Shown here: positions 53,979 through 64,000 of the stretch, piece by piece | Layout: each line of letters begins with the position of its first letter | How positions within the stretch are numbered: position 1 is the first letter of the stretch | NCBI GenBank assembly: GCA_051294375.1 | Contig: CM119266.1 | Coordinates: 26,509,387-26,573,386, forward strand | Direction of reading: 5' to 3' | Source: Paraspadella gotoi | Lineage: Eukaryota; Animalia; Chaetognatha | DNA length: 64,000 nucleotides | Notes under the pieces: model-generated | Database searches by the model: none | What the model was told of the DNA's origin: nothing | What the model saw: the letters and a program-made list of their open reading frames with translations, nothing else | Program-made: the position numbers and the translations under genes

Positions 53979-56900
53979 GAGGAGAGATTGAGGGAGAGTT
54001 TCCAACAAAGGGCTGAGTAAAGACAGTGGCCAGATGAGAGGACAGGTGAAGGTAAGAACAGAGAAGAAGATAATTTTGAAATGGTGAAAAGTGAAAGAGA
54101 GAGAGAGAGAAATAATTACATTTGACAATGTACAACAAAGATAAATTTAGAATAAAAAGCTGAGATTTTGAATTAACAAAAGTTAAATAAGTAATAATGA
54201 TGAAAAATGAAATGGAGGAATAGGTGGTGAGGATAGATAAGTTAATAGTTAAGTGAAATATATAAGAGAAGAAAGAGCTCAAAAAGACTGGCCCCCCCCG
54301 GGTGGACAAAGGTGGACGCTGACGATATGATCGGGTCATTGGCTTGTCATAGACTGAGATGATATTCTTGTAGAGTGGGATATCATGGGGTCAGGTAAAG
54401 ACCCGGCTGGGAAAATACCAAGTGCACTCTAATATCTCTTTGGCCTGATAAGCCTGCCGAAGGCCCTTCTCTCACCTGACGGTGAGGTGGGCGGTTGCCT
54501 GTTCTTGCCTGTTTTGGTGCAGGAGATACAGACTCCTCTCCCTCCTCCTGTAGCCGTCGTTTTGGGCGGCGCTTGGCGTTCAGAGAGTCACGCCAAGTTG
54601 CTACAGGTTCGGGAGAGGTATCGGACGTCCATTGCCTGCCGGGAGGCCTCCGCCTGACCCATTGAGTTGGGACAGGGGAAATCACGTGCGGTTGGGTTGG
54701 TGCATTTGTGTTCCACCACAGTTTGATTAGCGAATCATAGCTTGGAGGGAGATCGAATCGTCCTCCATCACGACGTTCAAAGAGGGTTCGAGGGCTTTGA
54801 TGTAAACTGCCTCTCTAATACCTCTTGAGAACCAATTTTGGTCATGGGACAGCACGAGGCATCGGACTCTCTAAACAGATGGCCAGAAGATGCCGAATGC
54901 ACGGCAATAGCCGATAAGAAGTGACCTCGTGTGTCACGATACGGCTTTATGTGCTGTTTAAACCGATCTGAGAGAGACTTCCGCGTCTCGCCCACGTATG
55001 CTGCTCTTCTCTCCTCTCACTTAATGTGTAGAGCATTTTTGATAATGTTTTTCAAAGCTGATGAAGACTCGAATCAACAGAGTCGAAACATGTACTATGA
55101 CAATAAAAATCGTTGTATTGGCAAACAAACAATTCCTAATACACACAGATATTAAAATAACTTCGATTTTTAGCAATATATCCCTCTCCTTACAAATCAG
55201 ACTTACCAGTATTGAGCATCAAGTACCGTCCGTCTTTCTTAGACCAAATCTTGCGCGCGCAGATGCCGCCCTCTTTGTGCGGTTCGTCCTTCGATGGGGC
55301 GGTGTAGGCCAGGCCAAGAACCCCACCGCTGGCGAAAAGGAGTCGGTAAGAGTAGAGGTTAACTAATTCATCATTCAATCAATTATGAATTAAAACATGA
55401 AAGGAAAACTATCATAAATCAATTTGGGTAACATTACTATTCGACGTCCGCAACCATCTTTAGCTACCACCGGTCGGTGCTTGTTAATCCATTTAATTTT
55501 GTTTTCCCTCTTGCGTCAAGTCTCAGTTTGCGGAATAATATACATATTTTTGTTCAGTAATATAAATTTTATAATAAATAATATTTTTTAAAATTTATTT
55601 TAATTGTTATTTTTATGAAATTGTTATTTTTATGTTTGAGGAAGAAAATAAATGATTTACATATGAGTTTTATAAAGAAACAAATGTTTCAGCTTCCATG
55701 TAAGCTTTCATCAGCGCAAAAACAAATTTGGTGAAACAAATATTTTTACAGACTCTTTCTCTCTCTCTTTCTTTCTTCAAACTTCAAAATTTATGAAAAT
55801 ATTTGTTTCACAAATCATTTCGTTTTTGCGCTGATGAAGATTTACATTGAATAAAACTGAACAAACAAGGAAAAGAAAGGAAAGGAAAAACAATATTTTA
55901 TATTATATTTTTAAACGGTTAGCAATTAAGTTAAGGTTGGTTAGGAATTAAGGGTGGTTAGGATTAAGGGTTGTGAGGGACTTGTAATAAAATTTTTTTC
56001 TACTCTTACCAGTGTCCTTTTTTTATTTTTGAGTTTCGAGATTTCTATACGTCGCTTATACAAATCGAAAAAAAAAATAACCGACCTTAAAATCTCGGTC
56101 GGCGAAAGTCAATATAACTTATATTATAAGCCATCAATTGTATACTAATTATCTAATTATTCCGTTTATCTACAAGATCATCAGCTTACCTAAATTTCCT
56201 GTAAGTGAAGAGGTGCGCCAAGCAAAAATCCGCGTTGTTCTCGTCCAGCGAAAACTTTTTGAGAAGATCTTCGCTACTCATGTGGAGTGGAGTGTTGTAG
56301 GAGTGTCCGGCCGTGCGGGGGTAGTGGTGAATCACAATCTCGTGGACCTGAGAAATTAATTTACACAAACTTGTGAAATAACTTTTGAGATTCGAAGAAA
56401 TATCAATGCACTCAAAGTCGGTCGGTTCTTCGTTCCTATTATTTCTAAATAATCCGTCTCATTCACCTGAAATCCAAAGTTGGTTAAATTCTCTTTTGAG
56501 GAGTAAAAAGTAGTTCGTTGATAGAGTTTGTTCATTCTATCGACAGTCCCTGAAAGAGTAAAAATCGGAAAAATGAATAAAATTTTGTCTTTCGATATTT
56601 TTATTTTCATTTACGAACTTTAAAGAATATTAAGTAAAAGAACTTACAAGATTTAATATCCATTTCAAAATATTTTATGATATCAAAATAAAAATCAAAC
56701 ACGAAATCTAAATAAATCAAATTACTCGCCTATAAGATAATTGATAGTCGTAGTGTTGTCTTTGTTTCCCATGTGAACGTAAAAATTGTGATCGGCCACG
56801 AGGCGAAGTTTGCACGTCGTCGCATCATCGTCGTCATGCGCTGGATTTCGTCTCGATCGCGCCGAGAGAGAATCGGCGTCATTTCTTCTGAGACGCCATC

Positions 56901-58779
56901 GTTGGCGTTTTTCTATCCGGCGCCGCGCTAGCGTCCAGGCGACGGAGAATGTTTTTGGCGCCAAGTTGGCGGCGCGGAGATCGTCTGTTGAAACGTCGGA
57001 TCCTCGGTAGACGAGATAAGAGGAATCCTCTCCCTCTTCCTTCATCTCCTCCAAATAATACTCCGTTCCCCTAGCGGCGACGAAAGCGCGCCGAAGCCTC
57101 TTCCCGTCCGGCGTCATTTCCGCCACAGCGGCTCCGTCTTCGTCGCCGAGACCCATCACGCGCCCGTTAAAGAAGGCGTCGCCGGGCGCGTAGCCGAGGC
57201 GCTCGGCGTCGCCAGCGGCGCCAACGACGAAAGCGCGAAACCCGGCGCCTAAAACGCGAGACGGCGCTAGATAAAGGGAGAACGCGGCGCCGAAAGCCCG
57301 GAACGCCACGCGTAGCTGCGTGACGCGGCCCTCGGGATCGCGTCGGTCGGCGTCGACTGTTACTTCGGAGGCGGCGAGAATTTGGTAGGCGCGGAGAGGA
57401 AGGGAAGAGAGCTGGGCTGACTTTTCGTCCTCTGGAGGTCGCGGACCCTCGTGTAATCGAGTTTCGTTGGAGACAAAATCGACGAAAAAAATTGCCGCGA
57501 AAAAGAATACGAAGACGAAACGAAAGTAGAAACCGCGAAGAAATCGACGCATTGGTGATGGAAGCGTCATGGCCGACGCCAATGACAGGGGGGAAAAATC
57601 AACAAGAAAAACATTAACAACATTTGTTGTTAGTTCGGTTGTCCAGCAATGGAGCAAGGCTTTTCCGTCGCGTTTGCATTTTTCTTTATTAATTTATAAA
57701 ATTAGTTTTAAAAAGTTGTCGGAGATTGAAAAAAATGTAAAGGCAGGGGAGAGACTAAGGAGAGCGTTTCGTAGCTCGAGGTGCGGTACCGAAACTTGCG
57801 GCCTTAAAGAAAATTAATCCTGAGATTAATCGAGAAAAAAAAACACCAGGATTCAATTTTTTTCCCCACGTGATCCAAAAGAGAAAAAACATTAAAAAAA
57901 AATGTCTTCAAGAATGTTTGGACGAGTTTGAACGAGTCCGATTCAACTCCCGTAATCGAAAAGTTGTAAAAGGCAAAGACCATCGAGGAGCTTCCATGAT
58001 ATAACTGCGATATCTTAAACAAATACCGAAAGTTTAAAGACGGTGATTTTAAAGATCGACGCAGGTCAGACAAAGGATAAGTTATTAGGTAAGTAAACGA
58101 GTTAAATCTTTCTAAAATTTGCATCTGCAATCTGCTTTAACCAAAGCGATTTGCAAGTGAGATGAAAAATAGTCCGAGATGTGGGCGGAATGAATCACGT
58201 GAGTATCGACGAACAAAAGCGAATCTCGGGTTTCAAGTTAAAGAAATCAATTTTTATATTATTATTATTAGCTCGGTTGATATTTCTGTCAAAAAGTCTT
58301 TTAAGTATACTAAAAAATAAACTTAGAACCTTATTTATATTTATGAAAACAGAAAGAGAGCTATTGCCCATGAGTTTTTAACAATTTTAAAAAAAATCTA
58401 AACATTTTAAAATACTTAATCTTAGTAGTGTTATTAAGACATTGAAAGTATATATATATTATATTGGGATTTTTAAAAACTTTTGTCAGCCTGGGAAAAC
58501 GAAAGGTTGAAAAGCAGCAACAGGCCGGCGATTTATGATTTACAAGACAGTTTTACAAATCCAAGATGCTTCTGACGGTCTGGCTAAGATATTTTTAAAA
58601 GTTCATATGTATTATGCAGCGAGCATTTTTACGACAAAATAACGTGAGAATTACATTTCGAAAAGATTTACAGCATTCAAAGTCGGAAAAAAATATTTTT
58701 TTTTTCGCTATCAGCTATGACAATAAGACTTAAGTGAAAACTTGATCGGAATTTAGAGCGAGAGAGCTCGTCTGAAAAC

Positions 58780-58816
<37 letters not shown>

Positions 58817-59144
58817 TCAAAGAAAAAAAAATTCAAACACAAATCGGGGAAGAAGGTACATTTTTAAAATTCAATCTGTTCCCTTTGAAACATTTTCAAC
58901 CGACTCGGTTCCAAACTCTAAATTTCGTGCGAAGAGGTTAATTAGAATTTGTCTCGGGATTAAAAATAATAATTTCGCCGAAGTTTGAAAAAGGCTCCCG
59001 GGCGCAAAATTAAACGAGAGGGTCGGAAAGTTCTTTGCATCCTCGTGGTCTTTGCGGCTCGATCTTGTACTATTAAAAAAAAATGATGATTTCGAAAAAC
59101 GTAGAAACAAAAGACGGGGAGGAGAGAGAGGGAGGGGGGAGAGG

Positions 59145-59216
<72 letters not shown>

Positions 59217-62200
59217 AGATAAAGATTGTAGATCGTAAATTGATGTCGACCAAGTTGGCAGGTTCTCCGCAGTCATTTTTAGTCGAAAATAAAATTCGAG
59301 AAGAAATAAAGAGAGTTTAAAAAAAATATCTATCTCTCTCCCACCCCTTCTTGCGCGCAATTCCCCTATGTACAAATCGGCCGAAACAAGAGAGAGAACT
59401 GAAAAATATCGAGACTTTCGAAAAAGAGATTGACGTAAAAAATAAAACATTGGACTCTTCCTCGTTTTTCGATTGGCTCGGTCAACAGAACGAGAATAGG
59501 AAGCGAACAAGACGACGTCAATGGTCGAATTCTCGGATCGGAAGATCGGAAGGCGAATGAAGATCGCGCGACGTGACTGCCCAGCATTCTCAAAGAAAAG
59601 GATTATTGGACGACGTCATTCGATCGAGTTCTAAATAAAAAAGGATTGGTCGGTCGCAAGGGAAAACTTTCAAAGAGAAAAAGATTCGCATAAATGCGTC
59701 ACATAATCGCATTATTTGCATTATTGGACGAAAGTCTAGAAATACGTAATATTTTAATGGCTCTACTGTGACGCATTTAATCTCTTGAGTTTCCCTAACA
59801 GAGGAGGTGAAATATTCTGATTTGTACCTTTAAAAAAAGCTTTGTACCTTTTTACAATAAGTACCTATAAGTATAGCCCTTTTTCGTCATTATATCGTCC
59901 AAAAAAACAAGGGCTCCGCTTATTTTATAGACTTAAAAATGTTAAAACAAAACTTCCTTCAATTTCATTCATATGTCACGCTTTTCACTAATCGCTTTAA
60001 TAGGTTTAACCTTTTTTTCTTAAAGACTGCAAAAAGTCGCTGTCTTTCTCGGGTCAAAAACTTCCTCCGAGTCTGACTCACAGTTTGATTAAATCCCGCG
60101 ACTCATACGTCACGACTTGTGACGCGTGAAACACTTAAAGAATCAAAAACTCATTACTTATCTTTCCTCGGAAATTTACAAGCTGCAGTAAGCGATTTGA
60201 AAGGCGGATCGTAACCGGCAACGGTACTGATGATCAGACCTAAACATTGTTTAGTAAACATTAAAGATGAATCGCTTGTGTTCTTGATTTTAATTTAAAA
60301 AATACTAAAAAACTCATTAAGACTTTAAGTAGAAAGACCCAGTAAAAACTTGATTAAATGGACAGCCTCCCCCCCAAAAAAGAAATAAAAGTAGGAAATA
60401 AAATATTAGTGTTAGAAAACTGATTAAGAAATTAGTAGAATTTTAAAAAAAAACGGTAATTCCAATGTGTAGCGCCGCAGTAACTTTATTTTCACGTGAA
60501 TTTTTCTTTTATCATATGATATTATATGACAAGACATAACATGACTAAAAAAATTTTTTTGCCCGTATATTTATGATATGCACTGCATCAAAATTCCGTC
60601 TTTTATTCTTTATAGTTTTAGGAATTCCCAAAGGCAGCGACTACAGTCCCTTAAATTTGAGGTTTTTTTCTGTCCTAACAAATGAACAACTCTAGGCCAA
60701 TTATATACGTTTTTGATGTAAGTGGGACAGACCGACGAACAGACATACCGACCGACCGACCAAAAAGTGACTTATATAGTTGCGCCGCGAGTACTCGCGG
60801 CGTCACTAAAAATTAAAGACAACGTTCATACTGATACTCTTATTCATAAATTGATAAAACATTTTTTTATCTTTCAACCAATCTTTCAATCGAATCCTTC
60901 AATCACCGAAAATGATTCACTCATTCATTTATAAACTTTTTTTCAGACATCGACGAATGTGCCAACTCCGATACGCCCATCTCGATCGGGTCGCCCGCCA
61001 CAAATCGGACCGCGTGTCCTCCGCGAGAGAGATGCGTCAATCGCGTGGGTGGATTCAAGTGCGCTTGCGTTGACGGGTTTTATCGCGTCCGCGGAGAATG
61101 CGTCGGTCAGTACTAAAATTTATCCAAAATATCATAAAATCGGTGCTTAACAAAATAGAAATTGAGTTAAGTCCTTCTTCCCTCTTTACAAGATAATAAC
61201 ATGGAAAAAGACCCTGAGAGCTTTTAATCATTCAATAGATTTGAAATTAATGATTATTGTTTTTTTTTTTAACTCAACGAATATAATTGTTTCCCTATTA
61301 CGCTACAGAATTAAAAATATCGAAGAATTAATCAAATTCACGGGGAAAAAAAAATCGTCGTTAAAAGTTTCAGTTTTTCTTCGAAGAAATCGTGGATCAA
61401 AATCTTCGGTTCGCCGCGACGACGAATTGAACGATCGCCGTTGCCATCGTCGCGATAATCGTCGTCGCCTTCGTCGTTGCCGATGGCGAACCGTTGCACA
61501 AGCTGGCCTTGCAGGAATAGTACGAGCACCATTTCTTGCCGCCGCACATGGTTTTTTTCCGGCCATCAGCTACGCGAAATGAGTGGGATATCGTTAGTCC
61601 ATCCATTGCGCTCCTCCCCTTAAAGTGCTTTTTTTCTCGTTTTGTATCGTTTCTTTTTGGTTAATTCCGGGAAAGAGCAAGAGATTCATGAAAGATGGAC
61701 CCCGGTTTTTACCCGTTAGAGCAACACCGAATTGAGAAACCATCGTCGTCACCATTTTTGAGGGATATGTCCCGTTTATCGACGGATTCGCCTGAAATAA
61801 AATAAAAAGTTCACTTTATCAGTCAAAAATCAATAATCATATCTTAATTCTTATTCGAACATTACCACATTATGAATCAACTTTCTTTAATCAATCATTC
61901 AATTACCAATCAAGCAATCAATCTAAAAATACCCAAGAATGTACACTTTGTACACTATGTCTGACGACAAAAACATCACCATATGTCAACATGTGAATCA
62001 CAAAGCCAAACAATGAATAGATCACCGAATAGTCTGTGATCGCGACTCTACATTGCCAAATCATCTTGTAGCACTCCAGATCATCCTTGCTGTTAAAGTA
62101 GTGCTGGTAGAGCAAGGGACCCTGACAAAAAATGACGTTGAAATGGAATAATGAAGAACATGTACATTATACAGCATCCTGAAACTTTAAAGTGAAAGTC

Positions 62201-63948
62201 ATGAAATTGTGAAGCTGTACTAAAAGACGTTTCGGGCACTCAATCCTCAAGCTTAAATTAAAGACGATTACTTCGTTTTTGAGTCCCATATTTTGAGAGA
62301 GAGTTGCCTCATTTCGAGTCTCAGTCCCCGAGTTCTATTCCAAGTCCCAGACTTGAACACTGAGTCTCCTACTTGGAGTCTGAGTCCCGTAGGCGGGTAA
62401 ATCCTCATGTCGACGAAGTTGTCGACGTTGGCTTCGACGTAGATGGCAGAGTAGGCGTCTTTATGCTGCAGAGTGGAGAGGTGATCCACGTTCGTACCTG
62501 AAGTGAAGAGAGATTCAGCGACCCGTCAAAGTGAGAAGACCAAGGGAATAACTAGAATGACAACCGCCTCGAGAAAGGATTCGTCCGTTGCTGACCTAAT
62601 AAGATCGGCTCGCCGTCGCAGAGGGATGTGTTCGACCAGAAAAAGCTGTCAACTGCTATTTTGTAGTTGACGTAACAACCGATGGTATTTGCGTAGATTG
62701 GCGGGATGATTACGAACAGCGCCAGTGCCAAGCCACGAATCCTAAGTTGAATGCACATCGCACATCTGTTTTTACTCTTAATTATTCTTAAGTTTTGTTA
62801 AAACAAAGTTTTTAAAAAAAGAACCCTAGCGGATATTTCCTAAGCTAAAATTTAACTAGCGTATTCTGCGTTACATTAATTCGTAAGGAATAAGAAAAAA
62901 AAATAGGGAAGCTATGCCATTTATTCGTTATCCAAAAAAATGATTTTAACTCTTTTTTACAGACGTAAACGAATGTCGGTCAGGAGACGCCTGCCCAATT
63001 GGACAAAGCTGTGTTAACACTGAAGGATCTTTTGTTTGCGTTTGCCCAATTGGTTTCACGCAAATCGGAGGTATTTCATTTGTAAATATGTAAATTATAA
63101 AATATAATATAGAGGCAGAACCCAAAATAAAAAATAACTAACAGGTTCCTGCGCAAAGAAACCCGACTGTTCAATTTTTAAAGGAGTCTGTCCAATCGAC
63201 AGTTATTGCAACTACTCGACTGGCGGCGCAATATGTCTTTGCGACGAAGGACTAGAAGGCCGCCCTGGAAATTGTACAGGTTGACAAAAGAACAAAGAAA
63301 AATTAATGTGAAATATTTTTATTCGAGTTTAGGAAAGCGAGTAATGAAATTAAAAAGTGTAAATTAAATAAATGTAAATTTTTTTCAGCGTTTGTACGAA
63401 ACTTGAAAAAAACATGTATTTAATACATCACATTTTTTCGATAATGCAAAAATGCCACCGATTTACTACTCGCCATTTTACGAATACAAGTTCCCATTTA
63501 ATTTTCAATAAACTCTATTTGGCAGACATCGACGAATGCTCAATCGGGTCTCACAATTGCAGCGTGAGAGCGACGTGCGTAAACACGCGAGGCTCCTATC
63601 TGTGCCGTTGTCTCCCTGGATTTAGGCGTTCGTATAGTAGAATTAAAACTACTTTTTACAACTTGTGTGGGGCAATTTCGTTGTGTGAATAAAAAGTTGT
63701 AATGGCCCGTTGGAAAATGACTCACAATATGTTTGTTTTATTGTTTTGAGTAAGTGCACGCAAGTCTGTATAAAAATATGCAAGTAGAGTTTTTGAATTG
63801 ATTGGTTTTTATAATAAAAAAAAAAATTGGACTTTGCTCATGCCGTCTAACAATTGGGTTTAACCCCCCCCCCCTATTCATTTTCCCACAGAGAAGGGGA
63901 ACGACTGCTCGGACATTAACGAGTGCGAAGAAACCGCGATTTGTCGAG
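47440..63948 (+). CDS. Secreted/cell-surface protein with an acidic, Thr-rich N-terminus and tandem calcium-binding EGF domains (fibulin/fibrillin-like), 3'-incomplete. Exons ~47440-47502, 47587-47653, 47866-48084, 48151-48687, 48767-48907, 60947-61105, 62963-63070, 63145-63279, 63526-63627, 63892-63948
   Basis: Signal peptide MDRRILKIEYLLLSLFLLNAEA and a DDDGSGD motif. Repeated phase-1 exons D(I/V)(D/N)EC...CVN..GS(F/Y).C.C..GF. Confidence 0.85.
49192..57570 (-). CDS. ADAM17: ADAM17 (TACE)-like metalloprotease, nested antisense in an intron of the EGF gene. Exons ~57570-56730, 56549-56467, 56347-56190, 55329-55207, 52838-52636, 52501-52321, 51671-51351, 51237-51075, 50997-50887, 50345-50104, 49347-49192
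   Basis: Furin site RSRR, [67 protein letters not shown] zinc motif, YIM Met-turn, CGNHRVEKGEECD disintegrin, and LRDNIV...FWIPLSCVV transmembrane region typical of ADAM17. Confidence 0.93.
52959..53607 (+). mobile_element. TRIM with a tRNA-like LTR module, copy 2
   Basis: Near-identical to 19044-19697. LTRs 52959-53192 and 53374-53607, same PBS and PPT, different 4-bp TSD (ATAT). Confidence 0.9.
53862..53910 (-). ncRNA. Minimal type I hammerhead ribozyme
   Basis: tcaaag-CTGATGA-A-GACTC-gaatcaaca-GAGTC-GAAA-CATG-TA-ctatga. Stem I is 5/6 bp and stem III is palindromic (ACATGT). Confidence 0.85.
55052..55100 (+). ncRNA. Minimal type I hammerhead ribozyme (inverted copy)
   Basis: Identical motif on the plus strand. 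Predicted cleavage after GTA at 55094. Confidence 0.85.
55682..55860. mobile_element. Older inverted-repeat relic with degenerate hammerhead cores (second Penelope-like family)
   Basis: Minus strand 55716-55682 reads ttgcg-CTGATGA-A-AGCTT-acatgg-AAGCT-GAAA-CATTTG. A decayed inverted copy 'aaaatatttgtttcac...tttttgcgCTGATGAag' lies at 55796-55840. Confidence 0.55.
61397..62758 (-). CDS. Divergent Ly6/uPAR (three-finger)-like, probably GPI-anchored protein, nested antisense in an EGF-gene intron. Exons ~62758-62596, 62497-62373, 62121-62026, 61792-61714, 61569-61397
   Basis: Phase-compatible splicing gives a signal peptide, IGCY start, CYK, C-terminal WCSYYSCKASLCNG and a hydrophobic tail (~210 aa). 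The family call is inferred from the cysteine pattern. Confidence 0.6.
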
Positions 63949-64000
63949 GTCGTCAAAACTATTTAAACATTTTATATTCTTTTGTGCGAACTACATATTC

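Larger units (their letters stand above)
53795..55141 (-). mobile_element. 5'-truncated Penelope-like retroelement with an inverted terminal (pLTR) duplication
   Basis: Frameshifted GIY-YIG endonuclease remnant at ~54999-54760 (YVGETRKSLSDRFKQH...SAIAVH...GHLF / NWFSRGIREAVYIKALEPSLN). 53818-53942 is repeated in inverted orientation at 55019-55141. Hammerheads lie in both repeats. Confidence 0.88.

Noticed and set aside
62225-62255. Additional hammerhead (minus strand ...TGAGGA...CGAAACGTC); similar partial match at 45191-45220
   Set aside because: The core is imperfect and stems I-III cannot all be formed.

Overview
This is eukaryotic genomic DNA, most likely from an invertebrate animal: AT-rich short spliceosomal introns, GC-rich exons, no prokaryotic features. 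The species cannot be determined from the sequence. Genes in order: a single-exon RRBP1/kinectin-like gene; a small membrane-protein ORF; an unresolved GC-rich region; a 12-exon DDX5/DDX17 (Dbp2) helicase with an N-terminal RS domain whose ~10 kb intron holds a same-strand class A GPCR gene and many repeats; ETFA; a matrin-type zinc-finger (CIZ1/Pep-like) gene; a secreted discoidin (F5/8C)-like gene; a minus-strand microprotein gene with two duplicated terminal exons; and a calcium-binding-EGF gene that runs off the right edge and carries ADAM17 and a divergent Ly6/uPAR-like gene antisense in its introns. Mobile DNA includes two ~650 bp non-autonomous LTR elements (TRIMs) with a tRNA-like module in each LTR, a truncated Penelope-like element with hammerhead ribozymes, further hammerhead relics, several TA-flanked MITEs and Helentron/DINE-1-like repeats. 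Exon boundaries were read by eye from splice signals and reading frame. Family names come from recalled motifs; no searches were run.
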